From Promethearchaeota archaeon (lineage in GTDB: Archaea > Asgardarchaeota > Lokiarchaeia > Sigyniarchaeales > SOKP01): DNA of 64,000 nucleotides. Shown in pieces: positions 41,001 through 49,460 of the stretch (position 1 is its first letter; each line of letters begins with the position of its first letter). The DNA is taken from positions 44,658-108,657 of the forward strand of contig JAEOTR010000035.1 of assembly GCA_016839705.1 (NCBI GenBank). Reading direction: 5' to 3'. The notes below the pieces were generated by a model. It had not been told where the DNA came from and did not search any database. It saw only the letters and a list, made by a program, of their open reading frames with translations. A program made the translations under genes and the position numbers.

Positions 41001-42973
41001 TCAGCAAATGGAGGATTATCAACTAATTTTCCTTTTCTTACTGCTTTTTTCATGGCTAAGTCATATTCACGTGCCATTGACTCAGCTTTGTTGACCATAT
41101 CATTTATCAATTGTTCAAAATCTTCTTCTGTCTCTTCTTCACTAGATCTTACTTCAGATTTAATTAGTTTAGCTTCTTTTAATCCGCTTATTCCCTCTTC
41201 CTTTTGTATTTTTAACATATCATCCATTTCTTTTTGCTTCTGAGCTTTTTCAGCTTCAATCTCTCGTAATTTGTTATCTTTTTCCAGTTTTTCTTTGAAT
41301 AATTGAATTTGGCTCAAAAAAATCGCAACATCAGTCTCCCAACCTCTTTCCTGAGCCTTCTGCATTGCTGTTCTGAAATCATTTATAATTTCAGGATAGG
41401 GACATTTTATTTCAAACTTCCCCTTTCTTAATGCTACTTCGTATTCTCTTGCCTCCTTTTCTGCTCTATTTGTTATTTCATCAATTTCAGATCTAAGTTG
41501 TTGTATTTCAATTTCTCTTCTACGTTGTTCTTCTGATGCTTTCAACTGAGGCTCAGTTTGAATAGGGATCTTTACATCTTTTTTAACCTTTAGATATTCT
41601 TCAACTTCCTTCTGTTTTTTTACTTTTTCAGCTTCAATTTGTCTAATTTTATTATCTTGCTCAAGTTTTTGATAGTATACTCCGATAGTATCATCATAAA
41701 TGGCAGATTCACTTCCCCACCCCTTATCAATTAATAACTCTTTAATTTTTTCATAAATGTCAATCACTTTAGGGTAAATACATTCCTCAACTATTTCTCC
41801 TTTTTTGATTGCTTTCTGCATAGCCAATTCATATTCTCGAGCCATACGTGAGGCCTCTGTGACCAGATTATCAATTTGAGCTTTGAAAAATTCATTCTCC
41901 ATCCGTTGAATTTCTATTCCTTTTAGTCTCTTTAATTTTTCTAGGTTTTCTTGCTCTTCTCGGTCAATCGCTTCCTGTTCTATTAAATCTATAGATTCAA
42001 TTTGAGTCTGAGGCTTTTCTTCCTTCCCCAATTTCTGTTCTTCCAATCGCTTTAAAAATGTTTGTTTTTCATTTTCTAATTGGTTTATTGTGTCTTGAAC
42101 CTTCTTTACTTCATAGGTCCAGTGTAAATCTTCAAATAACTTAGCTCCTTCTTTATATAATTGTAAAGATTCATCGTACCGTTTGGTTCTAGCTAATTCC
42201 GATGCTTGTCCTAATATATCATAAGCTTTAGACGAAATTTCTTCTTCTTTTTTCTTAGAAATGAGGTACTGCTTCAATTTTTCTTCTTTTGGTTCTTCTT
42301 CAAGGGATTCTTTAATTTCTGATTCTTTTTCGACTTCTATTGAACTCGATACTTTCTTTACACTCTGTAAAAATTCTGCTTTTTTATTATAACATTCCTC
42401 AATCAATTGAAATACCCGTTCAACACCCTCTGTATTATTGACTTCTTCAAATAGTTCAACAGTTTTATCATATTTATCAAGAGCTTCTTCGAACTGATTC
42501 GCTTCTACAAGATCGTTTCCATCCTTTATAAGTTGTTCAGCCGTTAGAAATACATCTACTTCAATTTCTTCTTGAATTGGCTCTGGTTCAACAATAGCAT
42601 CTTTTACACCCTCAGAAATCTCTATCTTTTCTAATTCCACTGCACCCTTTTCAGTTTCGATTTCACTTTCTCTAAAAACTTGTTCTTTGAGTAAATAAAC
42701 TTCAGAAATCTTTTCGTTTATAGCCTTAATCTCGTCTCTTCTGTTAATTTGAGAATATAATCCAATAGCTTGACGTAAAACTTCAATACCATCATCAAAA
42801 TATTTCGTTTCGATTAAATTGATTGCATGTTCAACTAACTCATAAGCTTCAGTAGCAACTTCTTCTTCCATCTCTATTAAATCTGAAAAAAATGCTTCTT
42901 TTGTTGGATCAAATCCATTCTCGTCAAATTCTTGCTCAATATCCTCTTCCTTTCTCTCATCCATAAACTTCAT
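38039..42973 (-). CDS. 1644-aa charged helical-repeat protein (MIT/TPR-like bundles joined by coiled coils)
   Basis: About 14 recognisable three-helix units; seven share AE..AR.YE...PY.E.I.IY...GW..E...I..Y.EK. Confidence 0.8.
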   Translation of the reverse strand: MKFMDERKEEDIEQEFDENGFDPTKEAFFSDLIEMEEEVATEAYELVEHAINLIETKYFDDGIEVLRQAIGLYSQINRRDEIKAINEKISEVYLLKEQVFRESEIETEKGAVELEKIEISEGVKDAIVEPEPIQEEIEVDVFLTAEQLIKDGNDLVEANQFEEALDKYDKTVELFEEVNNTEGVERVFQLIEECYNKKAEFLQSVKKVSSSIEVEKESEIKESLEEEPKEEKLKQYLISKKKEEEISSKAYDILGQASELARTKRYDESLQLYKEGAKLFEDLHWTYEVKKVQDTINQLENEKQTFLKRLEEQKLGKEEKPQTQIESIDLIEQEAIDREEQENLEKLKRLKGIEIQRMENEFFKAQIDNLVTEASRMAREYELAMQKAIKKGEIVEECIYPKVIDIYEKIKELLIDKGWGSESAIYDDTIGVYYQKLEQDNKIRQIEAEKVKKQKEVEEYLKVKKDVKIPIQTEPQLKASEEQRRREIEIQQLRSEIDEITNRAEKEAREYEVALRKGKFEIKCPYPEIINDFRTAMQKAQERGWETDVAIFLSQIQLFKEKLEKDNKLREIEAEKAQKQKEMDDMLKIQKEEGISGLKEAKLIKSEVRSSEEETEEDFEQLINDMVNKAESMAREYDLAMKKAVRKGKLVDNPPFAEIIRIYERAKQMSLSKENHTEVASYNNQINFYSQKWEKDKKLREIEAQKIQRQMEIKEMHKIEKRVKVDEEKFKAIDQKREEKEFENIISDAVNKAEKLVRDHETAMRKAMRKGEILEDTPYSEVIDIYKDIREKVYARGWKEQAEMYANQIKIYQEKLENHVKLLEIEFKKADRQKEIEEMHKVGKESMREEEKLRSLERKKGEEEEFEQYITENINRAEGLVHDYETAMRKAMRKGEILEDTPYSEVIDIYKDIREKVYARGWKEQAEVYANQIKIYQEKLDKYEKLLEIEAKKAERQKEIEDMHKIKEDFKPVKPDKIRELEKGVKEEDILLDTAMNLIDEAEKLVKNYELSIKSDVLLYNSPYDKAISNYQEAKKTFQKIGWNDEASRLINTIKFYKEKKEKDEKLRQIEKKKLEKPVMELEYAKDGTEKDLLAREKKILEIEKFKRDKDKAAEVIFNDIHKAERLAKDYELKIKDGIFDQEPPYEEIFKIYREARKGFEEIGWIEESMKLINTIKFYKEKQEKDNRLRALEIAKVEKRDEELLRQQRMLKQAKEEEERLIKQRKESLLLKEEKVIQFETAKDKAFSLMDRAKNELALNNFEKSIDYYKESEEIFTEISWQEGIHMVKDSIAMIKRRQQSFELEQAINEKERIEKLKIEEKLEETFAKAEELRKLQQEEKRKEFLRIQSEKQWEQETSEEAFRLLEQGTSLLDRKKFPEAYEKYIEARKLFNKISWKREVSRINNELLFKLKRERQQYEALEAIKKKKAEEEKQMEKFRRDTEKERKELKKQKKEDKRKLAKEEFDKKIFKELERAQNFIDDLHYNEGILLLKREEKKLQTSAKDEEIKRIEEVINDIKDKAEIPLVTLEPLSEIESLDKFEAVYKALDKAQISIINDRVMKSISELNEAKFNLKSLKIGKKYVDVIDIKIEELQEKLGRKSGKDDLKAKEKTYETEMDMLKTRIAARREERRKKVLNLLKKE
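40150..40712. repeat. Near-identical intragenic direct repeat, period 372 bp
   Basis: gttccttccaaccccttgca occurs at 40201 and 40573, with long identical flanks. Confidence 0.85.
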
Positions 42974-43086
42974 CTTCTTTTTAAGGAAAATTAAGAATAA
43001 AATAACCTAAAAATTGATATTGTCTAAAATAAATGTAATGTCTATTAATACTAGAAGTCATTAATCGAGAATAAAAATTTAAGTAA

Positions 43087-43479
43087 TCACTGTTCAAACT
43101 TTCCTAAATTCTTATTAAGAAAATCATCGCAAATTTTTCCGCCCTCTCTCGTCAAATTCCAACCATTAGCTTCTCTTTTCACTAGATTTAGATTCTCAAT
43201 ACTAGTCAATATTTGATGAACTTCCCCCTCATCTTTACGAATATTAAAATCTACTCTAAGACTAAAAACTATTTCATCGATTGGGACTGCACCTCCAAGT
43301 TCGTCTTCCATAACACCTAAAGCAACAAGAACTTGATTTTGCTTAGTCATATCTGCGTCCATAGAAGTTTTCATCTCATCACGTAGCCATGGATTACTTT
43401 TAAGCATTTTCTTAATTGCTCGTTCATCACCATTTTGATAAACAGCATCGAATTGCTCTCTAATCTTCTTCTTTGCCAT
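43087..43479 (-). CDS. Hypothetical winged-helix protein
   Basis: EVHQILTSIENLNLVKRE..GWNLTREG. Confidence 0.65.
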   Translation of the reverse strand: MAKKKIREQFDAVYQNGDERAIKKMLKSNPWLRDEMKTSMDADMTKQNQVLVALGVMEDELGGAVPIDEIVFSLRVDFNIRKDEGEVHQILTSIENLNLVKREANGWNLTREGGKICDDFLNKNLGKFEQ

Positions 43480-43594
43480 AATTGAAGCACAATAAAATAA
43501 AGTGAGTGAAAAATTTGTATTAATTTATAACTAACTATAATATAAATTTAGAAAATAAAACCTTTTATGATTAAGGGAAAAAAAGAAAATTATC

Positions 43595-44308
43595 CTAAAT
43601 TTGCAAAAAACCTTCTACTTCTTCTTTAGAAGCCATATGAAATTTTTTAGTATCACCCTTAATGTAGGCTATTCGTATATTTTCTTTAGTTGCTTCCTCA
43701 TCAATAGCCTCTTTAAGTGCGGAGAGTGCCATACTAACAACTTCATCAAAAGGCATTTCTGCTTTATAATGTTCAACAAGGTACTCCCTTGCGGTTGCTT
43801 CACCATTCCCAAGTGCATAAGCTTTAAATGGTCTGTAAATACCACTTGGTGAGGTTGTAAAAATATGCGTTCCCGAAGCGTCGATTCCAATGAGGAAGAA
43901 TGCACAACCCCATGGACGCACACCCCCAAACTGTGTATATTGCTGTTTCAAGTCTGCGATAGTTTTTGCTAACATATTTAGTCGAACAGGTTCATCATAT
44001 GTCAATCTAAATGATTGAGCTTGAACTCGCGCGTAGTTAATGAGTGCTCGTGAATCTGCATGCAAGCCTGATATAGCAACACCAATGTGTTCGTCAATTT
44101 GAAAAATTTTATCAATTGAATCAGCATCCATTAACTTTGATGCAACTTTAATCTGAGCCACCAAACACACATCATCCTTAGATTTTACAGCTACCGCTAG
44201 AGTTCCACGCCTTACTGCTTCTAAAGCATATTCTACTTGAAATAAGCGTCCCTCAGGAGAAAATACTGTCAAAGCTCTGTCATACATTCGACCTTGTCCA
44301 CCAAACAT
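43595..44308 (-). CDS. psmA: Proteasome subunit alpha
   Basis: YDRALTVFSPEGRLFQVEYALEAV, YTQFGGVRP. Confidence 0.97.
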   Translation of the reverse strand: MFGGQGRMYDRALTVFSPEGRLFQVEYALEAVRRGTLAVAVKSKDDVCLVAQIKVASKLMDADSIDKIFQIDEHIGVAISGLHADSRALINYARVQAQSFRLTYDEPVRLNMLAKTIADLKQQYTQFGGVRPWGCAFFLIGIDASGTHIFTTSPSGIYRPFKAYALGNGEATAREYLVEHYKAEMPFDEVVSMALSALKEAIDEEATKENIRIAYIKGDTKKFHMASKEEVEGFLQI

Positions 44309-44409
44309 TTTAATTCTAACCTTCTTTGTTTTTAAGATAATTATAGATTGAACTTAGTTTTTTAAATGTATTAAAGAATTTTAATTTAATGTTTATACTA
44401 AATAAAATT

Positions 44410-44967
44410 TTAAATCTTTTGGGTACCCTTTAATATTGCTAAGGTTATTTCTTTAAATACAGGGCTAACATCAACATCTTCTTTGGCACTTGTTTCAAAA
44501 TAAGCAAGAGCATTTATTTCATCCTTTAATGCCTCTCCTTCCTTTTCTCCGACTTCTCTACGGTCTATTAAATCAATTTTATTTCCTACTAACATACTTG
44601 GTTTGCCATCACCGATTACTTTCTCAACTTCACTCTTCCAAGCTAAAATGTTTTGAAAAGAGCTTCTCCTTGAAAGATCGAAAACGAACACAATGGCTGT
44701 TGCCCCTCTATAAAATGGGGGGCGTACAAAGCTGAAATGTTTCTGTCCTGCTAGATCCCAGATTTGGAGCTTAACAAGATAATTTGGGTATTCTTCTAAT
44801 TCAACCTGCTTCGTGGAAAAATTTGATCCAATTGTCATAATATAATTTTCTTTAAAAGTGTCCTCACAATAGCGTAAGACCATTGATGTTTTTCCTACTC
44901 CTCCATCCCCTACCACAACCACCTTGTATATAAATGACCTGATAGATTTCTCAATAATTTTACCCAT
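44410..44967 (-). CDS. Rab-like small GTPase
   Basis: GDGGVGKTS, TIG.NF, LQIWDLAGQ, FYRGA, GNKID, ETSAK. Confidence 0.93.
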   Translation of the reverse strand: MGKIIEKSIRSFIYKVVVVGDGGVGKTSMVLRYCEDTFKENYIMTIGSNFSTKQVELEEYPNYLVKLQIWDLAGQKHFSFVRPPFYRGATAIVFVFDLSRRSSFQNILAWKSEVEKVIGDGKPSMLVGNKIDLIDRREVGEKEGEALKDEINALAYFETSAKEDVDVSPVFKEITLAILKGTQKI

Positions 44968-45230
44968 TCACCATTTTAGTTAATTTAATCAACCCATAAC
45001 ATGAATCTGTTCAAGTTTTTGGATTTAGCAAGTTTATTTTTGAAATAGTGAAATTTCCATGTTTGAGTAATTAATATTAATATAATAATTCTTACATAAA
45101 ACTTCTTATATTAAATCTTTATTTTTTGAATCGGTTATTTATAAGACATTAATTAAATTACTTATGATAGAATTTTGATTTAATTTTAATTGCTTCAATG
45201 GTAAATTTATCTGAACAGTTTACTTCTTTT

Positions 45231-46097
45231 TTACCTATTAGCTTTTCCAGTTTGTTTTACAGTTTCAAGAAAATCAAGGACTTCATTTAAAAATCCCTCA
45301 GTATTTTCTATATTGGTCATGTGACCAAGACCAGTCATAATTACATGCCGATTATCAGGGATCTCTTTTGCCATAATCTCGCTTCCATTTAGGAACACGA
45401 TGTCAAATTCACCAATCAAGATTAGTGTAGGACACTTAATTTGTCTGAGTCCCTCAACCCTGGGATCTGGATCAGTGTAAAAAACACTACGGAACTGCAT
45501 TATTGTTTGAGGATCCTGAACTCGTTGGACTTCTTTCCAGATGTCCCACATTTTTTCGCTATCAGGATGTTCCGCCATTTTAAACAAGTATTCTCCAGGA
45601 TTTTGACGAGAAGCTTGTATTTTTTCATCAACAGTGGCGTTGAGAGCCCAATTTCTTAAAGCTTCTATTTTTTCCTCTGTGGGTGTTGGAGGAGGGTTCT
45701 TTATATAGTAGTCTGGTATTGTAGCTGACCCCGTATCAATAAGCATTAAGCTGATTAAACGTTCAGATCTAGTCATAGCATAGCGTACTCCAACCATTCC
45801 GCCAGTAGCATGAGTTAGGATGTGAAATTTATCAATCCCCAGATGATCAGCAAGAGCGTCAAAATCACTTGCCATAGTGTCAGCATCATAACCATAAGGC
45901 TCGCCCTCTACAACTGTGCGACCGTGTCCTCTCATATCCATGGAAATCATACGATATTTTTCAGCTAATTTCGCGGTGACACCAGACTCGCTCCAATATA
46001 TTGTATTTTCAGCTAATCCATGATTTGCGATTATAGCTTCCCCTTTTCCAACATCTTCATAATATAATTTTAAGTTTTCCTTTTCAAAAAAGGGCAT
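45231..46097 (-). CDS. Alpha/beta hydrolase (nucleophile Ser replaced: THATGG)
   Basis: HGL, DMRGHG, HATGG, C-terminal GH. Confidence 0.85.
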   Translation of the reverse strand: MPFFEKENLKLYYEDVGKGEAIIANHGLAENTIYWSESGVTAKLAEKYRMISMDMRGHGRTVVEGEPYGYDADTMASDFDALADHLGIDKFHILTHATGGMVGVRYAMTRSERLISLMLIDTGSATIPDYYIKNPPPTPTEEKIEALRNWALNATVDEKIQASRQNPGEYLFKMAEHPDSEKMWDIWKEVQRVQDPQTIMQFRSVFYTDPDPRVEGLRQIKCPTLILIGEFDIVFLNGSEIMAKEIPDNRHVIMTGLGHMTNIENTEGFLNEVLDFLETVKQTGKANR

Positions 46098-46317
46098 GAT
46101 TATTCCTCTTTTTTACTAATTTCTTATTATTAGGTATTAAATTTTTTCTATTATTTATTATTTTTCAAGTTTGGATGAATTTCCGAGAGTCTATATAAAT
46201 TTCTCCTTTAAAATTTCTTTATTTCACTAGACAACTATAACTATAAACATACTCGATTTTTATTTATCTATTTACTAAGATTTAAAAATTTGAACTAGAT
46301 TATCCATATGAAAGATA

Positions 46318-46946
46318 GTGATCGACTCCGAGGAAACAGCATTAGTAAATATGATTTGTCCTTACTGTAAAGAGAGTTTCAGAAAGCAAGTTGACTATCA
46401 AAAAAAGACTGGATTATTTATAATCTTAATAAAAAACCACCCTAATGGCGATGAATGTCCTCCATTTATTGCTTTTATTGATAATAATGGAAGACATCGA
46501 GGATCTCAAAAAATTGATAATGTAGATGAAGAAGAGACTATGAACGGACAATTTCTAGAAAACGCTCGAAGTACTATAAATGAGCTAGAAGATACATTAC
46601 GATTTTATCATTTAAAAGTACCTAGACGAGGGGAAGAGGATTTGATCACAAGGTGGCAAGTGTGAAAGATCGAACATTTATGAGTTCCAAATTCTATAAA
46701 AGATTAATTGATTTTTTAAGTGAGAATGAGAATGAAAACTCCTTCGGAATGATTACTTATGAAGGGGATAAAGAAATAGAAAGCGGTCTTCTTATATACG
46801 GGAAATATCTAGGGATGATATTTACAATGTTTTCGAAAGACCAAAAAGCAGTTTAGAATAAAACCTTAGATGAAGTAAAGGGATACTCTAATCTTACAGT
46901 TGAAAAGTTGTTAGATTTATATGATCTAATGGACTTCTTTTTTTAA
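46318..46946 (+). pseudogene. Disrupted hypothetical gene (frameshift at ~46630 plus in-frame TAG at 46854)
   Basis: Joins as ...VPRRG/GRGFDHKVASVKDR...KAV*NKTLDEVKGYSNLTVEKLLDLYDLMDFFF*. Confidence 0.7.
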
Positions 46947-47141
46947 TGTTTGAAGTATATGACTTAATGGAATTTCCAGGATATAAGCTATGTATCATTG
47001 TTCTTTCAAATTTATGAATGATTAAAATGATACACTCTTAATTCTAAAAATATATGAATTTTACAAATAATATAAAAACTTTGTGCAATCCCTATATTTT
47101 TAATACATTTCTGTGATTATTTTATCAAATTTTATAAAAAT

Positions 47142-47540
47142 TTGGTGAAAAAAAGAATGGAAAGGGGAAATCAATATTATAGTGTAGAAGCAGATAAAGA
47201 GAAAAACAGAGTTAAATTTAGTATGACAGGAGACATTCCCGATGTAGCCTCAATAAGTAACTTTGAATCAGATTGGAAAACCACGGTTGGTGAACTTAAC
47301 TCTGGTTTCACAATTATTGGAGATTTAAGCGAGTGTGGACCACTTCCACCTGATGTAGAAGCACTCAATCAAAAAACACAAGGCTGGATTATGCAACAAG
47401 GGTGTTCAAAAGTCGCACAGCTTGTTGGAGATCTAAATGTAATGAGTCAAGTTAATGCATTTGCTGAAAAATCTGGAATGAGAGATATTCTACGAGCTTT
47501 TAATTTACGCAAGACCACTATAATGTGGCTAGATATGTAA
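47142..47540 (+). CDS. STAS/SpoIIAA-like domain protein
   Basis: GFTIIGDLS...GCSKVAQLV...RAF...A/T..WL pattern. Confidence 0.6.
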   Translation: MVKKRMERGNQYYSVEADKEKNRVKFSMTGDIPDVASISNFESDWKTTVGELNSGFTIIGDLSECGPLPPDVEALNQKTQGWIMQQGCSKVAQLVGDLNVMSQVNAFAEKSGMRDILRAFNLRKTTIMWLDM

Positions 47541-47631
47541 AATAAGCTATATTAAAAAAATAAAAAAAAAAATTTTATTTATTATTATTTTTTTATTTTG
47601 TATTTAATTATTAATCAAGACATTTTCTATT

Positions 47632-48030
47632 CTATTGTACTTCAATATCATTCAAATCAATATATACAATTTTTCTGTTATCATCATCTCCTACTTCAAC
47701 TTTTATGATTCTTTCATCAATTGATGGAGTACTAAATGGGAAATCTTCTAATAATTTGTGATCTTGTTCCCCAATTTCAGTCTTTACTGGGGGGATATTG
47801 TCTTTAATCATCCCATTAATTATCTCTATAAAATCACTCTCAGTAATAGATGCAAATTTTAACCAATCATACGATCTTTTCATTTTTTCTGCTTCAATAC
47901 GGTGATACATTCTATAATAAGCCCCTGGTTGAAAAGCACCGTAGAAATCATGAGGTGGAGCAGAAAAAGTATAGTTTTGGGACACATTTTTCATCCAGTT
48001 TCGTTCATGTTTTTTTACATTTTTGGGCAT
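47632..48030 (-). CDS. Hypothetical protein
   Basis: 132-aa ORF. Confidence 0.55.
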   Translation of the reverse strand: MPKNVKKHERNWMKNVSQNYTFSAPPHDFYGAFQPGAYYRMYHRIEAEKMKRSYDWLKFASITESDFIEIINGMIKDNIPPVKTEIGEQDHKLLEDFPFSTPSIDERIIKVEVGDDDNRKIVYIDLNDIEVQ

Positions 48031-48594
48031 AATTATTCACATCATTTTTCTTTTTTATGAAAACCAATCCAAGATCCAGTCTAAATTCACCATATTTCAT
48101 ACAATCACAAAATAACCCACAAATTTCGGATTGTTAATTTAAATTATTAATTGGATCGGTAAATAAAATCAAGCAAATTCAAGTATTTAAATATTACCTT
48201 TTCACACGCTGTTCTTTTCAGAATATTTCGACAGTGGGTTTCAAAAAAGCAAAACTTTATAAATTATGCCTTCTTTACCACAATTAAGGTTAAAATCTTT
48301 TAATTTTCACCCATCCAATACATATTATTCTTTCATATTTAAAGATTGTTACATTCAACTCAACTTCTTACTATATACTATTTTTAACTAAACTAGAGTC
48401 AAATCATAGTTTGTTTACTCTTTTAATTTTATTTTTATTCACCTCCCTCGGTCCCTGTAGAATAACATTTCCTTTAAAAGAACAAACCTTTTTGAAAAAA
48501 GTAATGATCTTACTAAATTATTGAAGAATTGCATGTATTTCAGAAAATTGTCGGTGTATCTTTGCTTTATTGTAAAGAATCGTTACTTCATACA

Positions 48595-49341
48595 ATGACG
48601 TTTGATTCCGGATTTAAGGTACATGAACGAAACAATCATTCTCACCTCATTTCAAGTGGAGATAAGACTCTCGATGAGTTGCTTTCTGGGGGATTTCACC
48701 AAGATTTAGTGTATTTACTCTATGGAGATAAGAAGCTAACAACCAACATCTTGCTAACAACTTCCGTTATTGTTCAAAAAGCGTTTGACAATGGAGGGCT
48801 TGGAGAAGGTATTAGAGTTGCCTTCATCGATGGAAACAATCGTTTTAATCCTTACAACGTAAGCAAATTTGCAGTTACTAAAAACTTGTCCCCCAAAACG
48901 GTGTTAGAAAACATCCTTATTTCACGAGCGTTTACTTTTGACCAAATAATTGAGATTCTGGAAAATAAACTTTCCATGCTTGAAGATGTGAAGGTTGTAC
49001 TTATCTCTGGGATTACAACAATGCTCGAGAGCTATGAAAAGCAAACTTTCGAAGAATTACTACGGGCGATAGACGGAATTAAACAGATGCTCTGGAAAAC
49101 AAAACCACTCATTATAATAACGGCGCCGATACATGAACATTCTCTTTTTAGACCAAAAGGGGGAAAAATTCTTTCTCATTTTGGGAGTGTACTGGTGATG
49201 ATAAAAGATGATGAGCGGTATGTGGAATACACCCTCATTCAACACCCCTACTTACCTGAAAGTCGGTTGCTGAAATGGAAGCCCCGTACATCTAAGAAAA
49301 AGGTTCCTTTAAAAAATGCTACACTAGATTGCTGGTTTTAG
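48595..49341 (+). CDS. Degenerate RadA/Rad51-like protein (PolB2-associated type)
   Basis: SSGDKTLDELLSGG, IDGNNRFNP, LENILISRAFTFDQ; Walker A eroded to YGDKKLTT; C-terminal NATLDCWF. Confidence 0.82.
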   Translation: MTFDSGFKVHERNNHSHLISSGDKTLDELLSGGFHQDLVYLLYGDKKLTTNILLTTSVIVQKAFDNGGLGEGIRVAFIDGNNRFNPYNVSKFAVTKNLSPKTVLENILISRAFTFDQIIEILENKLSMLEDVKVVLISGITTMLESYEKQTFEELLRAIDGIKQMLWKTKPLIIITAPIHEHSLFRPKGGKILSHFGSVLVMIKDDERYVEYTLIQHPYLPESRLLKWKPRTSKKKVPLKNATLDCWF

Positions 49342-49460
49342 ATTGATTACCAAAAGGCTTTTTCAAATTTATTTATAGTATCCTGCAAGTCATATTTATG
49401 CAATTTTACGTTTAAAAAACAATTGGTTTTAAAAAAATAGATGTTCAATTCTTAATAATT

